NCBI GenBank assembly: GCA_963701075.1
Contig: OY969559.1
Location: forward strand, 1 to 64,000
DNA length: 64,000 nt
Direction: 5' to 3'
DNA from: an uncultured Nitrososphaerota archaeon
Lineage (GTDB): Archaea > Thermoproteota > Nitrososphaeria > Nitrososphaerales > Nitrosopumilaceae
A model generated the notes under the pieces. That model saw only the letters and a list, made by a program, of their open reading frames with translations, had not been told where the DNA came from and did not search any database. Numbering within the stretch: the first letter of the stretch is position 1; every line of letters begins with the position of its first letter. Positions 27,118 to 37,398 of this stretch are shown here, in pieces. The position numbers were made by a program, and so were the translations under genes.

Positions 27118-28535
27118 TGAGTAAGCTTGACCAAGCATTATCCTATTTTCATGACAAAGTTTCTGATTGCATAAGGTCTGGCAAGAACATTTCTGTAATT
27201 ACTCACCTAGATTGTGATGGAATTACATCTGGAAGCATTGTAACAAAATCGCTTATCAGATCTGGAGCAAAATGTACTGTTAAAACAGTCAATGAGTTTA
27301 GCAAAAATTTGATTGACAAACTCAAAAATGATTCAAGACAATTTCACATCGTAACTGATCTTGGAGGAGGATTTGCAAAAGAATTGGATAATGTTCTTGA
27401 TGATAATTGGATGGTTGTTGACCATCATCAGATTCCACAAGAAGAGTTGGATAATGAAAGAGTCATCAATGCTTGGAAGTATGACCTAGATGGCGGATTA
27501 GACGTATCAGCTGGCGGTATGGCATATCTAGTTTCAAACGCTTTGCATAAAGAAAATACTGATTTAGCATGGATTGCAGTGGTAGCTGCACTAGGAGATC
27601 GACAGGATCAGGGAGAGAAAAAATCTTTTACTGGCATCAATCTTGAGATTGCAGCAATAGCAAAAAAGAATTATCAAGTCGAAATTGATCTTGACATACT
27701 TCTTGTAGGAAGAGAGACAAGACCCCTCCCCGATGCTCTTGCCTTCACTTCACAACCTTTCATAGAAGGTCTTACGTGGAATCGTGATGCATGCCTTTCA
27801 TTGTTAAATTCGTCTGGGATAAAACTAAAGGATGGCGGAAGATGGAGGGTGCCATCAGAGCTTACTGAAGATGAAAAAAGAACTCTTTTACAAACTATTT
27901 CAAAATTCATTCCAAGCAAGAATGCTAGCGATATTATCGATGAGCTTGTTGGGTACACATACACATTGGTAGGAGAGGACAGGCGAAGCTTCTTGCGCGA
28001 TGCAAGAGAATTCTCTACAATGCTAAACTCATGTGGTAGAATACGCAAGGCTGGTGTGGGCGTTGCAATATGCATGGGAGATAGAACCAAGATGTTGCAA
28101 GAAGGAGAGAGCATTTTGGTAGAATATAGGACATTTTTGAGAACATACATGAACACATTATCAAGCGAGAGATGGAGGATAACAGACAATGGTTCGTACG
28201 TGCTTGTAAATGGTGAAGGCCTGGTACCAGAAAACATGACAGGAGCTGTATCTTCACTTCTTGGAGGCTCACAAAAAAATACTGGAAAGATAATAATACT
28301 TAGAACAAACGGTGAGGAAGGCACTATAAAATTCTCTTCACGAAAATCAACAGGATGCAAATCTGAAGTAAATTTGGGGTTACTCATGAGAGAATGCGCT
28401 GCAAGAGTTTCAGGAGTAGGCGGCGGACACAATGCAGCTGCTGGTGCCAGAATTACCAAGGATAAATTAGATGAATTCCTAGATTACCTTCAAGAAAATG
28501 TCTCTAGAATGCAAAGTGCAAGTATTTCTAAATAA
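27117..28535 (+). CDS. DHH/DHHA1 RecJ-like phosphoesterase
   Basis: HLDCDG, DLGGG, VDHH and GGGHNAAAGA. Confidence 0.92.
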   Translation: MSKLDQALSYFHDKVSDCIRSGKNISVITHLDCDGITSGSIVTKSLIRSGAKCTVKTVNEFSKNLIDKLKNDSRQFHIVTDLGGGFAKELDNVLDDNWMVVDHHQIPQEELDNERVINAWKYDLDGGLDVSAGGMAYLVSNALHKENTDLAWIAVVAALGDRQDQGEKKSFTGINLEIAAIAKKNYQVEIDLDILLVGRETRPLPDALAFTSQPFIEGLTWNRDACLSLLNSSGIKLKDGGRWRVPSELTEDEKRTLLQTISKFIPSKNASDIIDELVGYTYTLVGEDRRSFLRDAREFSTMLNSCGRIRKAGVGVAICMGDRTKMLQEGESILVEYRTFLRTYMNTLSSERWRITDNGSYVLVNGEGLVPENMTGAVSSLLGGSQKNTGKIIILRTNGEEGTIKFSSRKSTGCKSEVNLGLLMRECAARVSGVGGGHNAAAGARITKDKLDEFLDYLQENVSRMQSASISK

Positions 28536-28740
28536 TATCTCCGAAAAAAAGGCAGAAGCTATTCACAAAGCTTTGGAACCTGATAATGTAGATTTTCCAA
28601 AAGACCTATCCTTTAAAATTGAAAATGGCAAAGAAGCGCTGATTTTTACATTTGAAGGTAAAGGAAATATACGAACACTAATCTCTACTATTGATGAAGT
28701 TCTTGAACAAACTCAAGTTATTCTCAGAGTGACTAGCTAA
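28498..28740 (+). CDS. pcc1: KEOPS subunit Pcc1
   Basis: ALEPDN motif, size, and conserved position between DHH and serS. Confidence 0.8.
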   Translation: MSLECKVQVFLNNISEKKAEAIHKALEPDNVDFPKDLSFKIENGKEALIFTFEGKGNIRTLISTIDEVLEQTQVILRVTS

Positions 28741-30002
28741 TGCTCGATCCAAAACTCGTCAGAGACAATCCTGACAAAATAAGAAATATGCTCAAAGCAA
28801 GATATGTGGATTTCCCGCTTGATGATCTCATAAAATTAGACAAAGAAAGAAGAGAACTGATAATAAAAACAGATGAATTAAGAAAAACAAGAAATCAGAT
28901 ATCGGTTGAGATTTCAAAGAAAAAGAAATCAAGCGAAGATGCATCAAGCCTTATCGAACAAATGCACTCAGTCTCAGAGGAGTTACAGAGACTAGAAGAG
29001 ACACAGGTCAGAGCTGAAGATTCCTACAAGGAACTTTCTCTAACATTACCTAACTTGATTCATGAATCTGTCCCTACTGGAAAGGATGAAACGGCAAATA
29101 AAGAAATAAAAAAATGGGGAAGCATTCCCGTGTTTGATTTCAAGATACGGGATCACATAGACTTGACACAAAGTCTTGATCTAGTAGATCTTGAAAGAGC
29201 TGCAAAAGTATCTGGTGCGAGATTCTACTATCTGAAAAATCAACTTGTCAAGCTAAACCAATCATTAATCCAGTTTGCACTAGACTTTCTATCTGAAAAA
29301 AATTACACTCCCATTCAAACTCCCTACATGATAAACAAAAGTTCTATGGAGGGGGCGATAATCGCACATGATTTTAAAGATGTCATTTACAAGGTTGAGG
29401 GAGAAGATCTTTACTTGATTGGCACATCAGAACATGCAGTTGCTTCAATGCATGCAGATGAGATAATAGAAGGAAAGAGCTTACCTCTCAGATATGCAGG
29501 GGTCAGCCCATGTTTTAGAAAGGAAGCAGGAGCTCATGGCAGAGACCAAAAGGGAATATTTCGAGTCCATCAATTTGAAAAAGTAGAACAATTTGTTTTT
29601 TCAAGACCTGAAGAATCTTGGAATGAGCATGAAAGAATGCTAGCAATTGTAGAAGAATTTTATCAAAAAATGGGGTTACCATATAGAGTCATGTTGCTTT
29701 CAAGTGGCGACATGGGAAAGATTTCTGCAAAAACATACGATCTAGAGGCATGGATGGCAGGACAGAGTAATTACAGAGAGATAATCTCTTGTTCGAATTG
29801 TCTTGACTTTCAGGCAAGAAGGCTCAAGATAAGGTTCCGTGATAAGACCAATGAGCAACCACAACACCTGCATACGCTAAACAGCACTCTTGTTGCAACT
29901 ACAAGGACAATGGTTGCAATACTAGAAAACTTTCAAACAAAGGATGGACACATATCCATACCAAAGGCTTTACAGAAATATGTTGGTACTAGTACAATCT
30001 AA
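28740..30002 (+). CDS. serS: Serine--tRNA ligase
   Basis: LIGTSEH, CFRKEAG, RVHQFEKVE and SCSNC. Confidence 0.98.
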   Translation: MLDPKLVRDNPDKIRNMLKARYVDFPLDDLIKLDKERRELIIKTDELRKTRNQISVEISKKKKSSEDASSLIEQMHSVSEELQRLEETQVRAEDSYKELSLTLPNLIHESVPTGKDETANKEIKKWGSIPVFDFKIRDHIDLTQSLDLVDLERAAKVSGARFYYLKNQLVKLNQSLIQFALDFLSEKNYTPIQTPYMINKSSMEGAIIAHDFKDVIYKVEGEDLYLIGTSEHAVASMHADEIIEGKSLPLRYAGVSPCFRKEAGAHGRDQKGIFRVHQFEKVEQFVFSRPEESWNEHERMLAIVEEFYQKMGLPYRVMLLSSGDMGKISAKTYDLEAWMAGQSNYREIISCSNCLDFQARRLKIRFRDKTNEQPQHLHTLNSTLVATTRTMVAILENFQTKDGHISIPKALQKYVGTSTI

Positions 30003-30155
30003 AATATTGTGCGACTCATATCCTGATGGCATCATTTAAGCCACAAAAAGTATACTTAAAGTCTTTAACGACGGTTTGAGGGGAATTTTGGATCTTGTTT
30101 TGAGTACAAAAAGTATTGACATAACTTATATTTTGGCTTCAAAGGTTGGTTTTAG

Positions 30156-30773
30156 TTGGCACGCCAAAAGACTACAAGGGTCAAAGACAAATGGAGAGAG
30201 AAAAAATGGGTTACGGTTATTGCTCCTTTAGCATTCAATAGTGCGCCAATTGCGTATATTCCTATAACTGATGATGAAAGTGCTATCGGTAGAGTTGTTG
30301 AAGTTACCTTATTTGATATTGTAAAAGGTGATCCTTCTCAACATCAATTCAAGCTTTACTTCCAGATAAGCAAAGTAGAAGGAGAGATTGCAACTTCAAT
30401 TTTTAAACGATATGAGTATGCTAAGGAATTTCTCAGAAGTCTCGTACGACGTGGCTCTTCTTTGATTACTTTGATCGGAGATGTAAGAACTAAGGATGGA
30501 TATCTTTTCAGAATCAAGATTATTGCCTTGACTCAGAAAAAGCTTAACACCTCAAGAAAACATGCCCTGAGGTTGATTGCAAAAGATGTAATGTCAAAAA
30601 CGATACCAGAGATGACAATAGACCAGTTTATCCAAGCTACGGCGTTCGGTAAGATAAATTCTGACATAATGGCAGCAGTTAAGAAAGTAATTCATGTAAG
30701 GCACGTAGGAATCGAAAAGGCAAAACTCATCAGAACTGCAGAAGCAGAAACTGTTCTGTTGCAAGCCAAATAG
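30156..30773 (+). CDS. rps3ae: 30S ribosomal protein S3Ae (eS1)
   Basis: KDKWREKKW, IGRVVEVTL and LRSLVRRGSS. Confidence 0.95.
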   Translation: MARQKTTRVKDKWREKKWVTVIAPLAFNSAPIAYIPITDDESAIGRVVEVTLFDIVKGDPSQHQFKLYFQISKVEGEIATSIFKRYEYAKEFLRSLVRRGSSLITLIGDVRTKDGYLFRIKIIALTQKKLNTSRKHALRLIAKDVMSKTIPEMTIDQFIQATAFGKINSDIMAAVKKVIHVRHVGIEKAKLIRTAEAETVLLQAK

Positions 30774-30803
30774 ATTTAATCGTCATACAAGATACTTATT
30801 GCG

Positions 30804-31227
30804 ATGGCAAACCAAGTAGAAGTCAGTATTGAGATAATACTTCACGCTACTGAAGATAGCAAGAAAATTTTCGTGCCCATCTCTGAGGTATTTCAGGTAA
30901 AAGAAGAAGAATTTTCACGAGAGGAAATCATAGGTCATTATGGAAATACAATCCTGTTTTTTAGGATCACACTTACAAAGAAAAGGGCAGAGGGATTTGT
31001 AAAGATGCTAGTTTCCAAAATTTCAAAATTACAGTTAGATGAAATTCTAGATAACATTGACATGTACTTTGAAGATTCTTCTCTATTTCTCAGAATAGGG
31101 AAAGGAGAACTTGTGAGGAAGAACATCAGTCTTGCAACAAAATAATGCGATAAAAATCAGGATAAAAGTTCCAATTTACAAAAAAGCAGACATTACAAAA
31201 ACATATACCGAATTATTAAGGGCCTAA
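30804..31227 (+). CDS. Archaeal RNA-binding protein (PAB1135-like); +1 frameshift near 31130
   Basis: HATED..K, GHYGN, and LFLRIGK. The alternative frame gives the conserved IKIRIK tail. Confidence 0.8.
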
Positions 31228-31289
31228 ATTACAAAATTTGCCTGTCTTTGAAGCATAGTTTAATAGTATTTGAAGACCAAAGACAAAAG

Positions 31290-31372
31290 GGAATGAGGTA
31301 AAATATTTTGCCGCTCCAGTCTGAGCATACGCTGTGAGGAAGCCGCGACGAACCGACCCAAAAACCTGATCT
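31290..31372 (+). ncRNA. Putative C/D-box small RNA
   Basis: GC-rich intergenic island with C-like ATGAGG (31293), D' CTGA (31321), C' GTGAGGA (31334) and D CTGA (31366). Confidence 0.5.
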
Positions 31373-31412
31373 GTATCGATACGGTTCTTTTAAATAGAGT
31401 AGATCCTGTTTT

Positions 31413-32880
31413 TTGGCTGTGAAAACTGATTACGACATCATAGTAGCAGGAGGAGGTTTGGCTGGAATGATTGCAGCACAGTCAGCCGCTTTCTATTCAA
31501 ATCAAAAATTATCAATCCTAGTCATAGATAGAAATCAAGAACCAACCGTAGGTAAAAAGACAATAAACGGTTGGATTTGCGGAGATGCTGTAGGCAAGAA
31601 CACTGTCGATTACATGACAGAGAGAATAAAGATCAGTTGGGGAAATCCAGAGATCGAACATCCTGTCAAAGGAGTGATGGCTTTTTCACCAGATAGAGAA
31701 ACTTCAATTCCTTTTGATGGCGAAGGTTTTATGTTAAATAGACAACAACTTCCCAAGCGTCAACTTAGCGATTCTAGGAAGATGGGAGTTAACATGCAAT
31801 TTTCTGTAGCACTAAGAAGTCTCATATATGAAAACGGCGCCGTCATAGGAGTAGAAGGAACTAATCTTCTCTCAAATGAACCATTTAAGAAAACTGCAAA
31901 GATAGTAATCGATGCCACAGGCGTTACATCGATGCTAAGAAATGGACTGTCCATAAATTCAAAAATTGAAAGAAAGATTGACCGTGACGATTTAGAATCT
32001 ACAGGAAGGCACATAATGAAATTTGAGCACGGTATAGATGATAAGAAAGATTTTGACCCAGATTATTGCATCATACATTTAGACCAAGACATTGCTCCTG
32101 GAGGATATGGCTGGGTCTTTCCCAAGGGCCAAAATAAAGTAAACATAGGATTGGGGGTACAGCAAAAAGAGCTACAGAAAAGGAATCAAAGATTAGGAAA
32201 AAACGATGATGTTACCAAATTGATAAACGATTATGTCAAGATTAACAAGGCGATGAAGAATCCCAGATTATCTGACGACCCAAGCGATTCAGTAAATGTA
32301 ACAGGCAATTGGCAAGTCTCAGTAAGAAGACAAAATGATTGCTTGGTTGCAAATGGATACATGTTGGTAGGCGATTCTGCGTGGATGCCAAAACCACTAG
32401 ATGCGGGAGGAATCGGTCCTGCAATAGTTGCTGCAACAATAATTGGAAAGAATGCTGTCGAGTCAATCGAAGCAGGAGACGTCAGTGAACGAGGATTATG
32501 GCAATACAACATAGATTTCATTAATGATTACGGCTACAAAACTGCAGGACTGGAGATCTTCCGAAGATTACTTCAAACTCTTACAAATGAACAGATAAAC
32601 TATGGAATGAAACACTTTTTGTCAAAGACTAGATGTTGAGGCCATAAGTAAAGGAGAGCATCCCGACTTTGGAACAGTTGGAAAACTTGGAATGATGATA
32701 AGAGGAGCTTTGAACAAGAAATTAGCCGAAGGGTTGAGGTTTACTGCGCAACAAAACAAGGCTTTGACAGAGCATTACCGCAGTTTTCCAAAGACGCCAG
32801 ATGGTTACGATGTATGGCATAAGACGCTACATAAGATCCTAGATGAGTCTTATGCAAGACTTGAAAATCAGATTCAGTGA
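31413..32880 (+). CDS. Digeranylgeranylglycerophospholipid (geranylgeranyl) reductase; +1 frameshift near 32628
   Basis: GGGLAG, IDATG, APGGYGWVFPK and VGDSA..PLDAGGI. The C-terminal part is in ORF 32692-32880. Confidence 0.88.
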
Positions 32881-32927
32881 TAATTATTTAAGACAGTCTT
32901 AAATTAAGGAAAAAAGAGTTACTAATT

Positions 32928-33725
32928 ATGCTAGCAGAGCAGTTGTATATAGATTGGAATAATTCCTTTGAAGTTTTAGATAAAGCCTATGCCTCGGGTC
33001 TGTTTGTTCTCATAATAGGTCCAAAGGGAACTGGCAAAACTACACTTGTAAGAGAATTTGCTGCAAGAAAAGGAATGAAGCTTGAATCAATTAACTTTAG
33101 TTTAAGAACTCGTGAGAGTCACCTAGTAGGTTCAAAAACTCTAGAAAGTGGGACAGTAGGCTTTGAAGAAGGCATACTGGTAAAATCCATGAAAGAAGGC
33201 AGCATGCTTTATCTTGATGAAGTAAACTCGGCTGAAGCAGATGTATTGCTTAGACTAGATGAAGCGTTGGATGATAGAAGACAGCTAGTACTCAAAGAAG
33301 CCAGTGGTGAGTTAATTGAAGCAGCAAAGGGATGGTTTGTGATTGCAACTATAAATCCACTATCACATGTCGGTACCAAAGAACTTCCGCCCCAATTGCT
33401 CAGTAGATTCCCAGTAAGGATCAGGCTTGATTACCCGCCAGAAGAGGTTGAGTTGCAGATAGTAAAAAAATATGTAAAAGGCTCTCATGAAAATGAGATC
33501 TCTCAAGGAATTAGGCTTGCAAGTACCTTGCGACAAGCAGCCGCAGTTGAAGAACTGTATTATTCACCCAGTTTACGTGAAACCATAGCATTTGGCAAGA
33601 TACTTGATTCTGGCATGAAACCAAGACAAGCTGCTGATATTGTCTTTGCAAATGTATACGCACAATGGGGCAATGTTGAATATCAAAAGGTAAATGATAT
33701 CATAACATCGATGTTTGGAAATTGA
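32928..33725 (+). CDS. MoxR/CbbQ-type AAA+ ATPase
   Basis: GPKGTGKT, LYLDEVN, ATINP and LLSRF. Confidence 0.92.
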   Translation: MLAEQLYIDWNNSFEVLDKAYASGLFVLIIGPKGTGKTTLVREFAARKGMKLESINFSLRTRESHLVGSKTLESGTVGFEEGILVKSMKEGSMLYLDEVNSAEADVLLRLDEALDDRRQLVLKEASGELIEAAKGWFVIATINPLSHVGTKELPPQLLSRFPVRIRLDYPPEEVELQIVKKYVKGSHENEISQGIRLASTLRQAAAVEELYYSPSLRETIAFGKILDSGMKPRQAADIVFANVYAQWGNVEYQKVNDIITSMFGN

Positions 33726-35290
33726 TGCGTTCACTGCAACTAAGAAATGACACAATACTTGAAATAGGCACTTTTCTAGTTCGACGATGGTCTGGAAGAG
33801 AAAATATTACTTTAAACATAAGAGATCAAAAAGAAATCCAAACAAAGTTGCGGGAAAACAAAGTTACGATTTTTCCATTAGAAAAATATCAAGGCACAGA
33901 TTTTCAAAAATATAGACAGTTCAGAACTGCTCTCTGGTATGAATCAATGAGGATAAGACATTCAAGCAAAATTCTAAGCAATGACCACGCATTTGGGTTT
34001 ATACTAAATACATTAGAGACAAGGAGGATAGAGACCATAGGCAGAGATTATTGGCAAGGAATGGATGAAGAAATAATATTCAATTACGGATTTGCGTGGT
34101 TGTACAGACCATTACTCAATTCATTATATGGTCATAATAGAATTGTCGAGGGATTCATACAGTATTTCCTGCTTGGTGACATGAAGGGAGAAATCCCCCC
34201 AAGCGCATTTGAGAAAATTCAGAAGGCAGTCAAAATAGCTAATGAGGCAGTAAAAGAAGCGGTAGAGAAAAAATATGGAACTGACTGGCTTGAAAAGAAA
34301 GTTTCCGAAATTATCAAGGCTTTAGAAATTGATCCGCTTCTTACCATTCCCATCTCTATACCAAAAATTTCTTCAGGAATTGCCATGTCTGAGCAGGAAT
34401 TCATGAGAACACTGAACAAAATTTCAAAATACAGAGAAAGCGATTTTGGCGAATTAGATTCGACAAAAATCACAGAAGGAAAGCAGATATTTGATGAATT
34501 CAAGGTCTTGCTTGAAGAAGCAAAAAGGAGCGAAAACAAGGGCCTAACAACTGATGTGGTAGGCATTAGCATTCCAGCTTTAACAAATGTAGATGAAACT
34601 AAGATCTACGATACCGATTTAATCAATAATCTAAAAGCTAAATTCAAGGAATGGAAATCAGGTTGGAAAGAACAGCATTTGATTACAGGAGACGAATTTG
34701 ACCAAGAGACTTACATTGAAGGACACAAACCGTTCATGACAGACAAGAAAATAGCAATCAAGACAAGAATATTCATACTTCTTGATCACTCTTCTAGCAT
34801 AGCTGAACAAGAAACACAGTACAAAAAGGCAACGTTGGCGCTTTGTGAAGTTTTAGACTTTTTGAAAGTAAAGTTTTCAGTGTATGCGTTTAACACAGAA
34901 CAAAAACAAGTAACGTGTTGGCTGATAAAACCTGAAAACTTGCAATGGAACAATACAGCTGCAAAGAGGCTTGCACAAATAAGGGCCAACGGTAGTACTC
35001 CATTAGCTGAAGTTTACAATCTCTTATTGCCCACAGTACGTTCAAAAAAACCTGACATCTTTCTTACACTGACCGACGGAGAACCATCAGATCCAGATGC
35101 TGTCAGATCAGTAATGAGAGATTTCAAGCTACTAGGCATAAAGATGGTGGCAATAGGTGTCGGTCATGACACTGGATATGCAATCACAATAGCAAACAAC
35201 TTGAGAAGGTTGGGCTACGAACGTACCCTTGCCGTGAGCAGGTTAAATGAGATTCCAAAGCGAGTCCTAAACGTGCTAGGAACGGACTGA
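33722..35290 (+). CDS. VWA-domain protein (CbbO/NorD-like partner)
   Basis: MIDAS DHSSS, GSTP and TDGEP. Confidence 0.9.
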   Translation: MMRSLQLRNDTILEIGTFLVRRWSGRENITLNIRDQKEIQTKLRENKVTIFPLEKYQGTDFQKYRQFRTALWYESMRIRHSSKILSNDHAFGFILNTLETRRIETIGRDYWQGMDEEIIFNYGFAWLYRPLLNSLYGHNRIVEGFIQYFLLGDMKGEIPPSAFEKIQKAVKIANEAVKEAVEKKYGTDWLEKKVSEIIKALEIDPLLTIPISIPKISSGIAMSEQEFMRTLNKISKYRESDFGELDSTKITEGKQIFDEFKVLLEEAKRSENKGLTTDVVGISIPALTNVDETKIYDTDLINNLKAKFKEWKSGWKEQHLITGDEFDQETYIEGHKPFMTDKKIAIKTRIFILLDHSSSIAEQETQYKKATLALCEVLDFLKVKFSVYAFNTEQKQVTCWLIKPENLQWNNTAAKRLAQIRANGSTPLAEVYNLLLPTVRSKKPDIFLTLTDGEPSDPDAVRSVMRDFKLLGIKMVAIGVGHDTGYAITIANNLRRLGYERTLAVSRLNEIPKRVLNVLGTD

Positions 35291-35291
35291 C

Positions 35292-35747
35292 ATGAAATGC
35301 CTGTCAGTTTCTCAACCATATGCTGATCTCATAATTCAGGGCAAGAAAACTATCGAGTTGAGAACGTGGAATACCAAATTCAGAGGCGAATTTCTTGTTC
35401 ATGCCCCACTTAGAATAAAAACAGAGGTTTGCAAAAAACTAGGAATTGACAAAGAAAATCTTAGGACTGGAGTAATAATAGGCAGAGCAGAACTTTATGA
35501 TGTTAAGGTATACAGTACCGCAAATGAGTTAAAGTCTGATTATAGTAAGCACTTTGCAAGTAAAGAATTTCTTGACCACAAGTACGGGTTTTTATTGAAA
35601 AACCCAAAAGAGCTTAGAGTACCAATCCCATACAAAGGAAGTCTAGGATTTTTTGAGGCCAAGCTGCATTCCAAAACAGACTACAATGACATCAAATCAG
35701 AATTGTTTGACGAAGAATATCGATATCAATGGATTGGAAAACACTAA
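35292..35747 (+). CDS. ASCH-domain protein
   Basis: LSVSQPYA..I..GKKTIELRTW. Confidence 0.9.
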   Translation: MKCLSVSQPYADLIIQGKKTIELRTWNTKFRGEFLVHAPLRIKTEVCKKLGIDKENLRTGVIIGRAELYDVKVYSTANELKSDYSKHFASKEFLDHKYGFLLKNPKELRVPIPYKGSLGFFEAKLHSKTDYNDIKSELFDEEYRYQWIGKH

Positions 35748-35767
35748 CAATTGTCTATTAGTTCTAT

Positions 35768-36433
35768 CTAGATTCTGATGCTTGGGTTTTCTTTCTTGAG
35801 TTTTTCCCAGTCTGCAAGAAAATTCTTTAGTCCTATGTCAGTTAGAGGATGTTTCAACATCTTTCCTAATACATCTGGAGGTAAGGTCACTACATCTGCT
35901 CCAATCTTTGCTGCCTCTACAACATGCATAGGATGCCTTACACTTGCAACTAGAATCTGTGTGCTGAATTTGTAATTTTGAAACACTTCATGAATTTCTT
36001 TAATTAGATGAATTCCATCCTGCCCATTATCATCTAATCTTCCTATAAACGGACTCACATATTTTGCACCTGCCTTTGCAGATAATATGGCCTGATTTAC
36101 GGAAAAACATAGAGTCACATTAACAGGTATTCCCTCAGATGTTAGAATTTTGCATGCCTTGAGCCCTTCTGCAGTTAATGGACATTTTACAACAACATTT
36201 TTGCCATATTTTTGAAGACGTCTTCCTTCTTCTACCATTCCCAGAGTCTCCGTGCTAACTACCTCCAGGCTAACATCACCTTTTATGATTCGAACAATCT
36301 CTTCCATAGTTTTTTGTGGATCTCCTCCCTCCTTTGCCAAGAGTGATGGATTGGTTGTGATTCCATCTACAAGACCCATGTCATTGTACATTTTTATCGA
36401 AGCAAGATTTGCAGTATCAAGGAATATTTTCAT
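35768..36433 (-). CDS. tal: Transaldolase
   Basis: FLDTAN, GITTNPS, VVVKCP and YVSPFIGR. Confidence 0.95.
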   Translation of the reverse strand: MKIFLDTANLASIKMYNDMGLVDGITTNPSLLAKEGGDPQKTMEEIVRIIKGDVSLEVVSTETLGMVEEGRRLQKYGKNVVVKCPLTAEGLKACKILTSEGIPVNVTLCFSVNQAILSAKAGAKYVSPFIGRLDDNGQDGIHLIKEIHEVFQNYKFSTQILVASVRHPMHVVEAAKIGADVVTLPPDVLGKMLKHPLTDIGLKNFLADWEKLKKENPSIRI

Positions 36434-37398
36434 TGTTTCTTACTCCTGATATCCTTAACAGCATTAGATATATGAATTGATGTCATGCCATGTTTTTCTA
36501 ATAATAGCGAAATTTCGCTGTCTCGAGCAGATTCACCAAATTGGTCTCTTACACCTATTCGTCTCATGTGTACAGGATATTTCTCAGAGATGACCTCAGA
36601 GACGGCAGAACCAAAGCCTGCCATAATATTGTGCTCTTCGCATGTAACAATACCGCCCGTCTCACGTGCTGCTTTTTCCAAAAGATCAGAATCTATCGGT
36701 TTTATTGAGAACATGTCTATTACTCTGCATGAGATTCCTTCCTGTTTTAACGCATCAGCGGCATCAAGTGCCATCTGTACTGTTATTCCACACGCTGCAA
36801 TGGTACAATCAGAGCCATCGCGCAATACAATTCCTTTGCCCAGTTGAAATTCTTGTTCTTGTGAATGTATGATTGGCGTTTTTGACCTTGTCATTCTCAT
36901 GTAAAACGGTCCATATAGTTGTGAAATTAGTCGTGTGAGTTTCTCTACGGCAATTGTGTCTGCCGGAATTAGGACCTTAATGTTTGGGATGGCTCGCATT
37001 ATTGCAATGTCTTCAATTTGTTGGTGAGATCCTCCATCAGCGCCCACGCTCAGACCACCGTGAGAAACAACCATCTTCACATTTAGTCCATTTTTTCCAT
37101 TTCTTGTAGGATATGCAATTGCATTTCTTATCTGATCAACACACCTGCCAGGCAGAAAGGCAGCATATGTACTGGCAAAAGGAATTTTTCCTTCATTGGC
37201 AAGACCTGCGGCGATGGTTACCAGGTTTCCTTCTGCAATACCCACATTGAAGAATCTATTTGGAAATTTTTTACCAAATGGCTTGGTTTTAAGCGAATCA
37301 GTAGTGTCTGCGCCTACCACAACCACGTTTGGGTTTTCTTCTCCAATCTTGATCAAAGTTTCTCCGTAAACTGTTCGCATATCTGCAAACTCTGTCAC
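36430..37398 (-). CDS. Transketolase C-terminal subunit
   Basis: FFNVGIAE, DGGSHQ and CEEH. GTG start overlaps the upstream stop. Confidence 0.93.
   Translation of the reverse strand: MTEFADMRTVYGETLIKIGEENPNVVVVGADTTDSLKTKPFGKKFPNRFFNVGIAEGNLVTIAAGLANEGKIPFASTYAAFLPGRCVDQIRNAIAYPTRNGKNGLNVKMVVSHGGLSVGADGGSHQQIEDIAIMRAIPNIKVLIPADTIAVEKLTRLISQLYGPFYMRMTRSKTPIIHSQEQEFQLGKGIVLRDGSDCTIAACGITVQMALDAADALKQEGISCRVIDMFSIKPIDSDLLEKAARETGGIVTCEEHNIMAGFGSAVSEVISEKYPVHMRRIGVRDQFGESARDSEISLLLEKHGMTSIHISNAVKDIRSKKQ

Noticed and set aside
27674-28459. Long antisense ORFs (261 aa here; also 7527-8081 and 49741-50253)
   Set aside because: Shadow frames opposite well-supported genes.
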